A DNA stretch of 64,000 nucleotides from Phycisphaerae bacterium. Lineage in GTDB: Bacteria > Planctomycetota > Phycisphaerae > UBA1845 > Fen-1342. The DNA is taken from positions 64,001 to 128,000 of the forward strand of contig JASFQK010000012.1 in assembly GCA_050115495.1 (NCBI GenBank). The letters run 5' to 3'. Made by a program: the position numbers and the translations under genes. The notes under the pieces are model-generated. The model had not been told where the DNA came from, made no database searches, and saw only the letters and a program-made list of their open reading frames with translations. Positions 1-10,876 of the stretch are shown here, piece by piece; within the stretch, counting starts at the first letter, position 1, and every line of letters begins with the position of its first letter.

Positions 1-818
1 AAATCGTGCGCCACACCGCCGGCCAGTTGTCCGATGGCCTCCAGCTTCTGCGATTCGCGCAGGCGGGCCTCGAGCCGCTCCCGCTCGACGGCGACCCGTT
101 TGGCTTCGGTCAGGTCGCGCACGTAGGCGCAGGCATAGCCCTGGCCGCCGAACTCGATGTGATTGGCGGTCACTTCGACCGGGAAGCGCGAGCCGTCCTT
201 GCGACAGTACGTGGCCTCGAAGGTCCGGACCTTGTCGTTCAGCAGTCCGGCCCAGAAGTCCGGCCAGGCGTCGGCCGGCAGGTCGGGATCGATGTCGCTG
301 ATCGTCAGGCCGGGCACCTCGGTGGCCGCATAGTCCAGGGCACGGCAGGCCTCGTGGTTGACGTAGGCCAGCCGCCCGTCGCTACGGATCCAGAGGCAAC
401 TGATAGAGGCCCGGTCGATGGCCGCCTGCGTCAGCTGCAACTGCTGCTCGACCTGCCGCCGGCGGGTGATGTCCCGCACGAACACCACGTGAAAATCCAC
501 CTTGTCCCCGACGACGTGCGTGGCCGCGACCTCCACCGGGAAGACGACGCCGTTCTTCCGGCGGTGCCACGTCTCGAGGCACATCGTGGTCACGCCTCCG
601 CCGTGGCGGAAGTGCGCCCAGTCCCGCTCCCAGCGCTCGCGGGAGTAGACGGGGTCGATGTCCCAGAGCGTCAGCCGCAGCAGCTCTTCGCGCGTGTAGC
701 CGAGTATCCGGCAGGCCTGCTCGTTCACGTAGATGAACCCGCCTTCGCTGTTCATCCAGTGGATAGCATCCGGGGCGTTGTCGGTGGTGAACTTGAACAG
801 GTCGAGCTTCTCGGTCAC
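1..818 (-). CDS. PAS-PAS sensor histidine kinase, N-terminal part (runs off window start)
   Basis: Not in the ORF track because there is no stop in the window. Manual translation from GTG at 818 (GAGG upstream) gives VTEKLDLFKFTTDNAPDAIHWMNSEGGFIYVNEQACRILGYTREELL..., a second PAS (YVNHEACRALDY...RKDGSRFPVEV), then the HisKA start EAIGQLAGGVAHDF. Confidence 0.9.
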   Translation of the reverse strand, partial: MTEKLDLFKFTTDNAPDAIHWMNSEGGFIYVNEQACRILGYTREELLRLTLWDIDPVYSRERWERDWAHFRHGGGVTTMCLETWHRRKNGVVFPVEVAATHVVGDKVDFHVVFVRDITRRRQVEQQLQLTQAAIDRASISCLWIRSDGRLAYVNHEACRALDYAATEVPGLTISDIDPDLPADAWPDFWAGLLNDKVRTFEATYCRKDGSRFPVEVTANHIEFGGQGYACAYVRDLTEAKRVAVERERLEARLRESQKLEAIGQLAGGVAHD

Positions 819-1183
819 ACCCTCATCCTCGCTCCCCTCGGGCCGCGCCGATATTGCCAGAGCACTTGGTCCGCATTATTGCCCCCGCGGCCCGTATTGC
901 CAACGACCTGGCAGCTTCGCCGTAATACCGGATCCGCCCCCCGGCGCGGTTGGCCGGACCCGTTATCGGCGCGACGGCGGCGGTGACGGATCGCCGTCGC
1001 CGCGTCCTGCCGGCCGGCCGTGATACTGCAGACCCCGACACGCTTTGTCGATGATCTCCGCGGGCGCGACGCATGCAGTAGTTGCGACGCGGCGCCGGGG
1101 CCCTCGCCGTCAAAACCAGCCAGCCCACCGGAAACGTACCGGTCTGCCGGTGTGGCGGCCATTCATGGGGAAGCGAGACTGCC

Positions 1184-2314
1184 ATGTCACTGGACTTCCG
1201 GTCTGCCTGGACGGACGTGGAGAACACCCGCGCCGCGCTGGACGAGTTGCGTGAGCAGATCGCTCAACCCTCGCCGGCGTGTGTGTTTTACTACTGCTCG
1301 CCTACGTACGACCTCGACCAACTGGCCCGGGCGCTCACCGAGGCTTACGACTGCCCGATACTCGCCTGCACGACGGCGGGGGAGATTGTGCCCGGACATG
1401 GCTATGTGCACAACGGGATCGCCGCCGCCAGTTTGGGCTCGCCGCACCTGAATGTCGTGCAGGAGTCCATCAAGGACGTGCGGGCCCTCGACAGCATGGC
1501 TGCCCAGCAGATGAAGATCCGGCTGCTCGACAAGCTGGGCGGAGCGTGCCCGGCCAATGAAACGCGCTTCGGCATCCTGCTGATCGACGGCCTGTGCGGC
1601 TGGGAGGAGATCGTCGCGGCCAACGTGTACGGCGCCCTGGCCGGTGTGCCGATCGTCGGGGGTTCCGCCGGCGAGCCCGGCGGGCTGAACGAAACGCGCG
1701 TGCTGGTCGACGGCCAGTTCCGGACGAACGCCGCCACGCTGACCGTGGTGCAGACGTCGCTGCCCTGCACGATCTTCAAGTCGGACCACTTCGAGTCCAC
1801 CGAGACACGCTTCGTGGTGACCGGGGCGGACACCGAAAAACGCCTTATCCTCGAAATCGACGGGATGAACCCCGCCGACTTCTACGTCGAGCATACGGGC
1901 ATCACGCCTGACGCTTTCAACCTCACCCTGGCCGCCCGCCATCCGCTGCTGTTGCCGGTGGGCGGGGACCACTACGCCCGCAGTGTGCACCACGCCGAGC
2001 CGAACGGCAGCCTGGCCATGTTCTGTGCCATCGAGGAGGGCATCGTCATGCGCCTCGGGCGCTGCCTGGACATCGTCGGCGAGGCGGATCAGCAGCGCCG
2101 GGCGATTCAGGCCCTGCTGCCCAAGCACCGTGTCACACTCGGCTTCGATTGCATCCTCCGCCGCCTCGAAGTGCTCGACCGCGACGTGCGCGAGCCGATG
2201 CGCCAGGTCATCGACGACATGAAGCTGTTCGCCTTCAACACGTACGGCGAGCAGTACAACGGGCTGCACGTCAACCAGACGCTCACGGGCGTGGCCCTCG
2301 GAGCACCCACGTAA
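1184..2314 (+). CDS. FIST N/C domain protein (NosP-like sensor)
   Basis: [30 protein letters not shown] and [23 protein letters not shown] are typical FIST motifs. Start taken as ATG at 1184. Confidence 0.9.
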   Translation: MSLDFRSAWTDVENTRAALDELREQIAQPSPACVFYYCSPTYDLDQLARALTEAYDCPILACTTAGEIVPGHGYVHNGIAAASLGSPHLNVVQESIKDVRALDSMAAQQMKIRLLDKLGGACPANETRFGILLIDGLCGWEEIVAANVYGALAGVPIVGGSAGEPGGLNETRVLVDGQFRTNAATLTVVQTSLPCTIFKSDHFESTETRFVVTGADTEKRLILEIDGMNPADFYVEHTGITPDAFNLTLAARHPLLLPVGGDHYARSVHHAEPNGSLAMFCAIEEGIVMRLGRCLDIVGEADQQRRAIQALLPKHRVTLGFDCILRRLEVLDRDVREPMRQVIDDMKLFAFNTYGEQYNGLHVNQTLTGVALGAPT

Positions 2315-3825
2315 TGGACAGCGAGCACATGGCGGCAAAGTTGAGCCAGCTCGAAAAAGAGGTCGAGCGGCTACGGCGGGTGAACCAGTCACTCATGGAC
2401 CGCGTCGAGCGCGGGCTGGCCTCGGGCGCTTCCACGTTCGGGGCCTTCGAGCGGGCCCTCTCCCTCGAAGCCATCGTCGCCCAGCGCACGCACGACCTCG
2501 CTGCCGCCAAGAAGCTCGCCGAAGCCCAGGCCTGCGAGCTCAAGCAGCAGGCCGTCGAGCTCGAAGGGGCCCGTGCCTCTGCCGAGGAGGCCATGCAACA
2601 GCTCCGCGCCGCCACGCTCAAGGCCGAGCAGGCCAACCGCTCCAAGAGCGAGTTCCTGGCCAACATGAGTCACGAGATTCGCACGCCCATGACCGCCATT
2701 CTCGGTTTCGCCGACGTCCTGCTCGACGAGGCCGACAGCCAGCGCGAACGCTGCGAGAAGATCGAGGCGGCCAAGACCATCAAGCGCAACGGTGAGTACC
2801 TCCTCGCCATCATCAACGACATCCTCGACCTCTCCAAGATCGAGGCCGGCAAGCTCGCCGTCGAGTGCGTCTCGTGCTCGCTCTGTCAAGTCCTCGCCGA
2901 GGTGACCTCGCTGATGGGCTCGCGGGCCGCTGCCAAGGGCCTCGGCCTCGAGATCCGTTTCGCCTCGCCCGTGCCGGACACGCTGTACACCGACCCCGTC
3001 CGCCTTCGCCAGATCCTCATTAACCTCGTCGGCAACTCCATCAAGTTCACCGAGATCGGCAGCATCCAGGTCATCCTCGATCTGCTGCGCGACGACGCCA
3101 ACTCACTCATGCAGTTCGATATCGTCGACACCGGCGTCGGCATGACCCCGGCTCAGGCCGAACGCGTCTTCATCGCCTTCGAGCAGGCCGACGCCTCGAC
3201 CAGCCGCAGGTTCGGCGGAACCGGCTTGGGCACGACCATCAGCAAGCGCCTGGCCGAGAGCCTCGGCGGCGGTGTGCGACTGGTCGAGACGCAGTCCGGC
3301 GTCGGCACCCGCATGCGCGTCACCGTCGCCACCGGCCCGCTCGACGGCATACGCCTCATCGACGATCCCGTCGCCGTCGGCGTCGCCGCCGGCGAGAACA
3401 GCGCCGTGACGGACAGGATGCCCTGCCCCGGTCACCTCAACTGCCGGATCCTGCTCGCCGAGGACGGCCCCGACAATCAGCGCCTGATCGCTCACCATTT
3501 GAAGAAGGCCGGCGCCGAGGTCACCATCGTCGAGAACGGCGCCGTCGCCGTCGAGACGGCCCTGGCCGCCTGCGCTGCGGATCACCCCTTCGACGTGATC
3601 CTGATGGACATGCAGATGCCGGTCATGGACGGCTACACGGCCACGCGTACGCTGCGCAATCGCAACTACTGCCGCCCAATCATCGCCCTCACGGCGCACG
3701 CCATGTCCGACGCCCGGCAGGTGTGCCTCGACGCCGGCTGCGACGACTACGCCACGAAGCCCATCGATCGCGTTACCCTGATCGACACGATCAGCCATTA
3801 CCTCCCCGCCGCCAGCCCCGCTTGA
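2314..3825 (+). CDS. Cytoplasmic hybrid histidine kinase (coiled coil-HisKA-HATPase-REC)
   Basis: [35 protein letters not shown] and REC motif ILMDMQMP...KP. The ATG overlaps the FIST stop codon (TAATG, 2312-2316). Confidence 0.92.
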   Translation: MDSEHMAAKLSQLEKEVERLRRVNQSLMDRVERGLASGASTFGAFERALSLEAIVAQRTHDLAAAKKLAEAQACELKQQAVELEGARASAEEAMQQLRAATLKAEQANRSKSEFLANMSHEIRTPMTAILGFADVLLDEADSQRERCEKIEAAKTIKRNGEYLLAIINDILDLSKIEAGKLAVECVSCSLCQVLAEVTSLMGSRAAAKGLGLEIRFASPVPDTLYTDPVRLRQILINLVGNSIKFTEIGSIQVILDLLRDDANSLMQFDIVDTGVGMTPAQAERVFIAFEQADASTSRRFGGTGLGTTISKRLAESLGGGVRLVETQSGVGTRMRVTVATGPLDGIRLIDDPVAVGVAAGENSAVTDRMPCPGHLNCRILLAEDGPDNQRLIAHHLKKAGAEVTIVENGAVAVETALAACAADHPFDVILMDMQMPVMDGYTATRTLRNRNYCRPIIALTAHAMSDARQVCLDAGCDDYATKPIDRVTLIDTISHYLPAASPA

Positions 3826-3958
3826 AACACGCCGCGGGTCTGCGCAGGACGCTCCCCTTCGGTTATCATGACGCCGCCGACCGCGGTCGGCCCGCTCCGA
3901 TGTCGCCAGCGCGGTGGTGGCCGGCCCGGGCGCCCGCAGCCTCAGAGACGCGGCTGAC

Positions 3959-6337
3959 ATGATCGACCCGCAACATCCGGACTACGCGAACCACCCGGCG
4001 TCGCCCAGCCGTCCGGCGTTCGGCTACGCCCCGGCCGATGCCCACGCTCCGCCAGCTGTCACCGTCGTCACCCCCTTCCACGACACCGGCGATGTGTTTC
4101 GCCAGACCGCCGCCTGCGTCCTCGGCCAGAGCTTCCAGCAATGGGAGTGGCTGATCGTCAACGACGGCTCGACCGATTCCGCCGCCCTCAGTCTGCTCGA
4201 CGAGTACCGCCGGCGGGACCCGCGCATCCGCGTCATCGATCACCCGCAGAACCGCGGCCTGCCCGCCGCTCGCAACACCGGCTTCGCCGAAGCCCGCAGC
4301 GATTTCGTCTTCCTGCTCGACGATGACGACCTGATCGAGCCGACGACGCTGGAGAAGGCCTTCTGGTATCTGCGGGCCCATCCGTCGTACGCCATGGCCA
4401 ACGGCTGGTCCGTCGGCTTCGGGGCGAGCACGTACCTCTGGCAGCTCGGCTTCGAGCGCGGCGCGGAGTTCCTCCAGCAGAACCTCACGCCCTGCATGGC
4501 CATGATTCGCCGCAGCGCCTACCAGGCTATCGGCGGCTTCGCCGAGGACATTCGCGGCGGTATGGAAGACTGGGATTTCTGGCTCCACCTGGCCAGCCGC
4601 GGCATGTGGGGCGGCACCATCCCCGAATACCTCACCTGGTATCGCCGCCGGGCCGACCACGGCGATCGTTGGCAGAACCTTGCTGGCCCGCAACGGCGCG
4701 AGGCGTTCATCCGCGGTCTGCGCGAACGCTATCCGCGCCTCTACGACGGCACGTTTCCCCGCCCGGCGGTGCCCTGGCCCGAGTCTTTCGAGGCCATCAG
4801 CGAGCCGCCCGAGAACCTCAACCGCCTGGCCAAGCGCTCCCGCCGCCTGCTTATGATCGTTCCCTGGCTCCGTTACGGCGGCGCCGACAAGTTCAACCTC
4901 GACCTGCTCGAACAGCTTACGCGGCAGGGCTGGGAAGTCACCGTCGTCACGACATTGCCCCGCAGTCACAACCTCGCCCCGCTCTTTGCCCGCTACACGC
5001 CGGACGTGTTCATCCTGGAGCACTTCCTGCGGCCGGCGGAGCGTCCGGCGTTTCTGCGTTACCTGATCGACTCGCGGCAGCCCGACCTCGTGCTCCTCAG
5101 CAGCAGCGAGCAGGCTTACCTGCTTCTGCCTTACCTGCGGGCCTTCTGCCCCACGCCGACCTACATCGACTATTGCCACATGGAGCAGCACGACTGGAAG
5201 AGCGGAGGCTATCCGCGCTACGGCGCCGGCGTTCAGGACCAGCTCGATCTCAACATCGTCTGCTCGGAGCATCTCAAGAACTGGATGAGCGAGCGCGGCG
5301 CTGATCCCACCCGCATCGACATTGCCTACCTCGGCGTCGATCCCGAGCACTGGCGACCGGACGCCGACGTCCGCCGCCGCGTGCGCGCCGAGTTCAACCT
5401 CGGCGACAACGACCCCGTGATCCTCTTCACCGGCCGTATCAGCGACCAGAAACAGCCGGCCGTGCTCGGTGGGGCGCTCGCCGCCCTCGCCGACCGGGGT
5501 GCCGACTTTCGCGCCCTGATCGCCGGCGACGGCGAAGACGAGGCCTGGCTCAAAGGGTTCATCAACGAACGCGGCCTGGGCGAGCGTGTGCGCCTGCTCG
5601 GCGCCGTGCCGAGCGAACGGGTCCTGGAACTGCTGCGAGCCAGCGACATTCTCTTCCTGCCCTCACGCTGGGAGGGCATCGCCCTGAGCATCTACGAGGC
5701 GATGGGTTGTGGCCTGGCCATCGTCGGTGCCGACGTCGGCGGCCAGCGTGAGCTCGTCACGCCCGATTGCGGCGTCCTCATCGACCGGGCCACCGAGCGA
5801 GCCGAAATCGACCGCTATGCGGCGGAACTGGCCCGCCTTGTACGCGACCTGCCCCGCTGCCGCGAGATGGGCCGCAACGGCCGCCGCCGAGTGCAGGAGC
5901 ACTTCACCGTCGAGCGCATGATGGAGCGTCTGCTGCGCGCGTTCGCCCGCGCGGCCGACCTGCACGTGCAGGCCCCGCGCGATCGGCTGAGCCCCGGTCT
6001 GGCCCGCGAACTCGCCGTGCAGGGCATCGAGCTCACCCGCATCACCGCCGTGGCCGACGAGGCCTACTTCGAGCACCGCCGCCTGCAAAGCGAAATCGAC
6101 GCAAACAAGACCTACTGCGCCGAACTCGCCGAGGCCCGCGAGTATTTCCTGACCACGATCGCGGAGTTGAAGGAATCGCGCGGACTCATGGAGCAGGAGC
6201 TCGCCGCCCAGCAGGCCCAGGCGGCCCGGCTGCAAGCCTTCGTGAACAACCTGCAGAGCCGGTGGTGGTGGCGCGCCGCTCGCGGGATCGCCCGAACGCT
6301 GCGTATCGACGCCCGACTGCGGCCGCCGCAGGACTGA
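3959..6337 (+). CDS. Fused GT2 + GT4 glycosyltransferase with C-terminal coiled coil
   Basis: GT2 motifs: IVNDGSTD, NRGLPAARN, FLLDDDD, EDWDFW. GT4 motifs: GGADKF, GRISDQK, PSRWEG...YEAM. Heptad-rich tail. Confidence 0.9.
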   Translation: MIDPQHPDYANHPASPSRPAFGYAPADAHAPPAVTVVTPFHDTGDVFRQTAACVLGQSFQQWEWLIVNDGSTDSAALSLLDEYRRRDPRIRVIDHPQNRGLPAARNTGFAEARSDFVFLLDDDDLIEPTTLEKAFWYLRAHPSYAMANGWSVGFGASTYLWQLGFERGAEFLQQNLTPCMAMIRRSAYQAIGGFAEDIRGGMEDWDFWLHLASRGMWGGTIPEYLTWYRRRADHGDRWQNLAGPQRREAFIRGLRERYPRLYDGTFPRPAVPWPESFEAISEPPENLNRLAKRSRRLLMIVPWLRYGGADKFNLDLLEQLTRQGWEVTVVTTLPRSHNLAPLFARYTPDVFILEHFLRPAERPAFLRYLIDSRQPDLVLLSSSEQAYLLLPYLRAFCPTPTYIDYCHMEQHDWKSGGYPRYGAGVQDQLDLNIVCSEHLKNWMSERGADPTRIDIAYLGVDPEHWRPDADVRRRVRAEFNLGDNDPVILFTGRISDQKQPAVLGGALAALADRGADFRALIAGDGEDEAWLKGFINERGLGERVRLLGAVPSERVLELLRASDILFLPSRWEGIALSIYEAMGCGLAIVGADVGGQRELVTPDCGVLIDRATERAEIDRYAAELARLVRDLPRCREMGRNGRRRVQEHFTVERMMERLLRAFARAADLHVQAPRDRLSPGLARELAVQGIELTRITAVADEAYFEHRRLQSEIDANKTYCAELAEAREYFLTTIAELKESRGLMEQELAAQQAQAARLQAFVNNLQSRWWWRAARGIARTLRIDARLRPPQD

Positions 6338-6340
6338 GCC

Positions 6341-8419
6341 ATGCCGCCGCCAGCTGCTTCGCCTCCCACCACCGGCGACGCTTCGTCCGACCAGCTCGGC
6401 GGTGAGCCCCAGGTGCCATCACGCGTCTGGGATCGGCGGGCGGTCATCGCGTACCTGGTCTTCTGGGCGTTGTGGACGACGGTCCTGAGCGTCGTCTGGC
6501 TGCGTCACCCCGACGTGGATCATGGCGACTGGTACAGCGACGCCAACACGCTCAACGCCGGCCGCACCTGGGACCGTCACGGCTTCGGCTCGCAATCCGC
6601 CGTGCCGCAGCCCTTCTGCTTCTCCGACGACCCGCCGGCGAGGGAACCGTACATCACGTACCCGCCCCTGCCCGACTGGATCCACCAGGGGCTAAAGGCG
6701 TGCGGGCTGCGCGAGCTGTGGCACTTTCGCGCCGTCGCTCTTGCGGTCACGGCCCTGGCCGGCCTGCTGGCCCTGCCCGTCTTCGCCGCCCTCAGCGGAA
6801 GCTGGTGCGTCGGGGCCCTGGCCGGATTCTTCTATCAAGTCAATGCGGCGTTCAGCGGCTACGCGGACAATCTGCGGTACACGTCGTACGCCCAGTTGTC
6901 GCTGCTGGTCCTACTGCTCGCCTGGTGCTGGCTCGAACGTGCGACGGCCGGGCCGCAGCGCCGCCGGCGTACGGCCGTGCTGGCCATCGCGCTGTTCATC
7001 GACACCTGGCTGACGATCGAGCACGTCATCTTCATCTGGATCTTCGCCGCGCTGCGCACCTGGCGCTGGCCGCTACGTCCACGCCTGACGCTGGCCGCCG
7101 TGCTCGTCGCCATCCCCCTCTTCAGCGGCGTGCTGCGCGTGACGCAGACGGCCACCGCGCTCGGCGGATTCGATCCGGTGCTGACCACGTTGACCGACAC
7201 CGTGGCCGACCGCCAGGGTTTCGGCCAACCCGACATCACTTACGGCCGGCTGGCCTGGACCTGGGCCGAGCGCCTCGGGCTCGCGTTCTTCGAGGGCGCG
7301 TACTTCGAGTACGAATTCGAGTTCCCTCTGCTGCGGCCCAGCGTCGCCATCCCGGTCCTGCTGCTGGGCGTACTGGCCTGGCGCCGGCGCCGTGACGAAT
7401 GGGCTTGGCTCACGCCGGCGTGGCGGGCTACCGGGGCCCTGCTCCTGCCGGCCGCCGTGTGGTTCATCCTGCTGAGGCAGCACGGCATCATTCACCGCCA
7501 TCTCGTCATGCTCCTGCTCCCCGGCCTGTCGCTCCTGCTGGCGGTCCTCGCCGCCGGCGGCCTGCGCTGTTGGCCCCGAGGACCGGGCGGTCTGCGCCGC
7601 TGGCTGCCGGCCGCGGCGGCGATTGTGCTCCTGCTGGGCTTCACTGCCGGCATGCGTCGCACACATTTCCTTAACCAGGAATTACCACTCGACGCTTCGG
7701 TCCGCCGGCTCATCGACGAACGCCGCGCCGTCGTTACTTCCGTGAAGAACATCCGCGAGTCGCTGCCGAACACGACCCGCCTCTGGTTCTACTATCCCCA
7801 GCCGGACCAGGCCTACCTCCTCGACCGTTACTTCGAGACCGTCCACAACGTGTGCCTCGACGACGTCCAGCCCGGTGAGGCCTGGGTCAGCTACGCCTGG
7901 ACTTACGGCGACGGCGAGCCCGCCCTGCGGGCCTTCGAGCGATTCGGCTTCCCCGACATGCGCTCTGTCGTCCCGGAACGCTTGCTCATCTTTCACGATG
8001 ACACCGCCCCCGCCGTCGAAATCGACACACATTTCGGCGATGAACTCACGCTCCGTCGCCTGCGCTGCGTCCCCACGCTCGACGGACAGGCGCACGTTCT
8101 GCAATACGAGTTCGCAGGCCCCTTCGACGCCGACCGCACCCCGGCTCGGACACTGGTCTGCCGCCTGGTCGGCCCGGATGGCGACGAACGTTGGTCTGCC
8201 TCGGAGCACCTGCCGTGGCTCCACGACGATGAACGCTGCTTCGGCTGGCACATCGTCCCCTCCGCCGCCGTCCAAAACGCGATCCTCCACGTCGGCGTCT
8301 ACCAGGAGCCGAACGAAACCTGGCTGCTGCCGCAGCTCGGCGACGCCGGCAGGTGGACCGGCGCCGGGGTCGACGAGACGGGCCGCTTCCTGAGCTGGCC
8401 CGTCACAGCGGCGGACTGA
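6341..8419 (+). CDS. Polytopic membrane protein, probable GT-C (ArnT/PMT-like) glycosyltransferase
   Basis: About 10 hydrophobic segments, an acidic first loop (WYSD), a YPPL motif and a soluble C-terminal domain. Lies within a glycosyltransferase operon. Confidence 0.6.
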   Translation: MPPPAASPPTTGDASSDQLGGEPQVPSRVWDRRAVIAYLVFWALWTTVLSVVWLRHPDVDHGDWYSDANTLNAGRTWDRHGFGSQSAVPQPFCFSDDPPAREPYITYPPLPDWIHQGLKACGLRELWHFRAVALAVTALAGLLALPVFAALSGSWCVGALAGFFYQVNAAFSGYADNLRYTSYAQLSLLVLLLAWCWLERATAGPQRRRRTAVLAIALFIDTWLTIEHVIFIWIFAALRTWRWPLRPRLTLAAVLVAIPLFSGVLRVTQTATALGGFDPVLTTLTDTVADRQGFGQPDITYGRLAWTWAERLGLAFFEGAYFEYEFEFPLLRPSVAIPVLLLGVLAWRRRRDEWAWLTPAWRATGALLLPAAVWFILLRQHGIIHRHLVMLLLPGLSLLLAVLAAGGLRCWPRGPGGLRRWLPAAAAIVLLLGFTAGMRRTHFLNQELPLDASVRRLIDERRAVVTSVKNIRESLPNTTRLWFYYPQPDQAYLLDRYFETVHNVCLDDVQPGEAWVSYAWTYGDGEPALRAFERFGFPDMRSVVPERLLIFHDDTAPAVEIDTHFGDELTLRRLRCVPTLDGQAHVLQYEFAGPFDADRTPARTLVCRLVGPDGDERWSASEHLPWLHDDERCFGWHIVPSAAVQNAILHVGVYQEPNETWLLPQLGDAGRWTGAGVDETGRFLSWPVTAAD

Positions 8420-8532
8420 GCCGGCGCGGTCTGGCGTCGATGCGCCCTCGCGACTATGCTCTGCGCTGGCCCGGTGGGTGGTCTCTGGCGCCAAAGACCA
8501 CGGGTCAGCGAGTGGACCTTTCGATACAGATC

Positions 8533-9405
8533 ATGAACCAACCGCAATTCAGCGTGATCGTCCCCTGTTACAACGAGGAGGCCGCCATTCGTGAGACGGT
8601 GGCCGCTCTGCGACGCGCCCTGCCCGACCCTGAGACGTACGAGCTCATCGTCGTCAACGACGGCTCGACCGACCGCTCGGCGAAGATCCTCAGCGAGCTC
8701 GAGCGCGAGGATGCCCATCTCCGCGTCGAGCACCATCCGCGCAACCGCGGCTACGGTGCGGCCCTGAAGACGGGTATCCAACGGGCCCACAGTGAACTCA
8801 TCGTCATCACCGACGCCGACGGCACGTACCCGAACGAGCGCATCGCCGAGCTCGTCGCCGTCGCTCGCGACGCCGACATGGTCGTCGGCGCGCGCACCGC
8901 CGACGACGCCGTCTACCCGCTCATCCGCAAGATCCCGAAGGCGTTCCTGCGCACGTACGCTTCGTGGCTGGCCCGCCGCCGCATTCCCGACCTCAACTCG
9001 GGCATGCGCGTCTTCCGCCGCTCGGTCGCGCAGCACTTCCTGCGTATCCTGCCGGACGGCTTCAGCTTCACGACGACCATCACGCTGGCCATGCTGACCA
9101 ACTTCCACGATGTGCGCTACATCCCGATCGGCTACGCGCATCGCAAGGGCCGCTCGAAGATCCGGCCCATTCGCGACACCGTCCGTTTCGTTCAGCTCAT
9201 CGTCCGTACGGGCACCTACTTCGCCCCGATGCGCGTCTTCTTCCCGTTCGCCCTGGTCCTCTTCGGCGCCTTCATCCTCAGCGCCCTCTACGACGTCTTC
9301 TTTCTGAACAACCTCACCGACAAGACGATCCTGTTCTTCCTCTTCGCCATGAACACCGGCATGTTTGCCCTACTGGCGGACATGATCGACAAACGCAGCA
9401 ACTAG
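8533..9405 (+). CDS. GT2 polyprenol-phosphate glycosyltransferase (DPM1/GtrB-like)
   Basis: SVIVPCYNEE, VNDGSTD, NRGYGAALKTG, TDADGTY, DLNSGMR, RKGRSK and two C-terminal TM helices. Confidence 0.88.
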   Translation: MNQPQFSVIVPCYNEEAAIRETVAALRRALPDPETYELIVVNDGSTDRSAKILSELEREDAHLRVEHHPRNRGYGAALKTGIQRAHSELIVITDADGTYPNERIAELVAVARDADMVVGARTADDAVYPLIRKIPKAFLRTYASWLARRRIPDLNSGMRVFRRSVAQHFLRILPDGFSFTTTITLAMLTNFHDVRYIPIGYAHRKGRSKIRPIRDTVRFVQLIVRTGTYFAPMRVFFPFALVLFGAFILSALYDVFFLNNLTDKTILFFLFAMNTGMFALLADMIDKRSN

Positions 9406-9425
9406 ACAGCGGGCCCGCGCCACCC

Positions 9426-10241
9426 ATGCCCGAACACGCCTCACACGTCGATTCTGCCGACCGCGCCGGCCAGACTGCCCGCGACCGGGATCTCTTCGAT
9501 CGCATCGCCGAGGCGTACTGCCGCAAGGATCTGCACCCGACCTCGCGCGCCGCCCGCCGCCAGCGGCTCCGCCGGACGCTCGCCGGAGTGCCCGCCGGAC
9601 GCGACATCGCCATTCTGGAACCCGGCTGCGGCGCCGGCTTCGCCGCCACGTATCTCCGCGGCCGCTACCGCGCCTTCCACGGCATCGATCATTCCGAGAA
9701 GCTGATCGACTACGCCCGCGCTCACAACGGCGATGCCGGCGTCACCTTCGAGGTTGCGGACATCAACGCCTACGAGCCGGCCACACCGCCCGACGTCATC
9801 CTTATGATCGGCGTCCTGCACCACCTCGCCGACCTCGACGCCGCCCTGGCTCGCATGGTCGGCTGGCTCCGTCCCGGCGGCTGGCTCGCCGCCAACGAGC
9901 CGCACCCCGGCAACCCGCTCGTTTGCTGGGCCCGGCGGATCCGCCAGCGCGTCGACGCCGAGTATTCCGACGAGCAGGAAGAGCTGTCCGAGGCCCGCCT
10001 GCGAGCCGCCTACGGCCGCTGCGGCCTCGTCGACATCCGCATCCGCCCCCAGGGCCTCTTCTCCACCCCCTTCGCCGAGGTTGTCCTGCAGCCGACCATC
10101 GTCACTTTCCCGACGGCGGTTGCGGCCTGCCTCGCCGACACCGCCCTCGAAGCCACCCTCGGCGGCCTGCTCAAGCGCCTGAGCTGGAACCTCGTCGCCG
10201 TCGGTCGGAAACCGGGTCCATCATCGCCGACGGGCGGGTGA
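9426..10241 (+). CDS. Class I SAM-dependent methyltransferase
   Basis: ILEPGCGAG, GIDHS, VAD, VLHH, LRPGG. Confidence 0.88.
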   Translation: MPEHASHVDSADRAGQTARDRDLFDRIAEAYCRKDLHPTSRAARRQRLRRTLAGVPAGRDIAILEPGCGAGFAATYLRGRYRAFHGIDHSEKLIDYARAHNGDAGVTFEVADINAYEPATPPDVILMIGVLHHLADLDAALARMVGWLRPGGWLAANEPHPGNPLVCWARRIRQRVDAEYSDEQEELSEARLRAAYGRCGLVDIRIRPQGLFSTPFAEVVLQPTIVTFPTAVAACLADTALEATLGGLLKRLSWNLVAVGRKPGPSSPTGG

Positions 10242-10244
10242 CCC

Positions 10245-10718
10245 GTGTCACGCCAATCCGCGCCACAGACCTCACCATCTCCGCCAGACGCCGACAAACT
10301 ACGCGCCCGCCTCTCCAGCTTCATCCGCTTCTGCGGGCTGACCGTGCTTAGTGCCGGCGTGAACTTTGGCCTGGCCATCTTCCTCCACGAGGTCGTCCAC
10401 TTCTCCGCGGAGCTCGCCTACGGCCTGTCGCTCATCACCGTGTTCGTCATGAACTTCTTCATCATGCGGCACTTCATCTTCGCCGGCGGCCGGGCGGGAC
10501 ACCCGGGCCGGCAACTCGCCCTGCACGCTGCCGCCGCCGTCGGTTTCCGTGGCGGCGAGTACCTGGCCTTCCTCGGCCTGCACACGGTCCTGGGCCTCTA
10601 CTACATCTGGGCCATGATCACCGTCCAGACGGCGTCCTTCTTCGCCAAGTACGTGTTTTATGGCACCGTCGTTTTCGGCAGCCGGGCATCGTCCGCCCCG
10701 CCGGCCGACGAGACCTAG
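10245..10718 (+). CDS. GtrA-like small membrane flippase
   Basis: 157 aa with four TM segments, FIRF..., NFFIMRHFIF. Follows the GT2 and methyltransferase genes. Confidence 0.75.
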   Translation: MSRQSAPQTSPSPPDADKLRARLSSFIRFCGLTVLSAGVNFGLAIFLHEVVHFSAELAYGLSLITVFVMNFFIMRHFIFAGGRAGHPGRQLALHAAAAVGFRGGEYLAFLGLHTVLGLYYIWAMITVQTASFFAKYVFYGTVVFGSRASSAPPADET

Positions 10719-10776
10719 CCGCCGGATCTCGGCACTCCCCCACCGAAATCCTGTCGGGCCGGGTACCCCTCGCCGC

Positions 10777-10782
10777 TATAAT
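10777..10782 (+). promoter_or_regulatory. Putative -10 box (TATAAT)
   Basis: Perfect TATAAT about 95 nt upstream of the 10877 CDS in GC-rich DNA. No clear -35. Confidence 0.4.
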
Positions 10783-10876
10783 GTAATGAACGCCGACGCT
10801 GGGTTGGCACATCCATGCATCGACTTATCGGCATCGGCCCGTCCGCGCTCGCGGCCGGGTGGAACTGGAGGCGAAG

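Noticed and set aside
6..986. 326-aa + strand ORF
   Set aside because: Antisense shadow of the - strand PAS kinase, which has clear motifs.
10804..10820. Possible sigma54 site TTGGCACATCCATGCAT
   Set aside because: GG-to-GC spacing is 9 nt, not the required 10.
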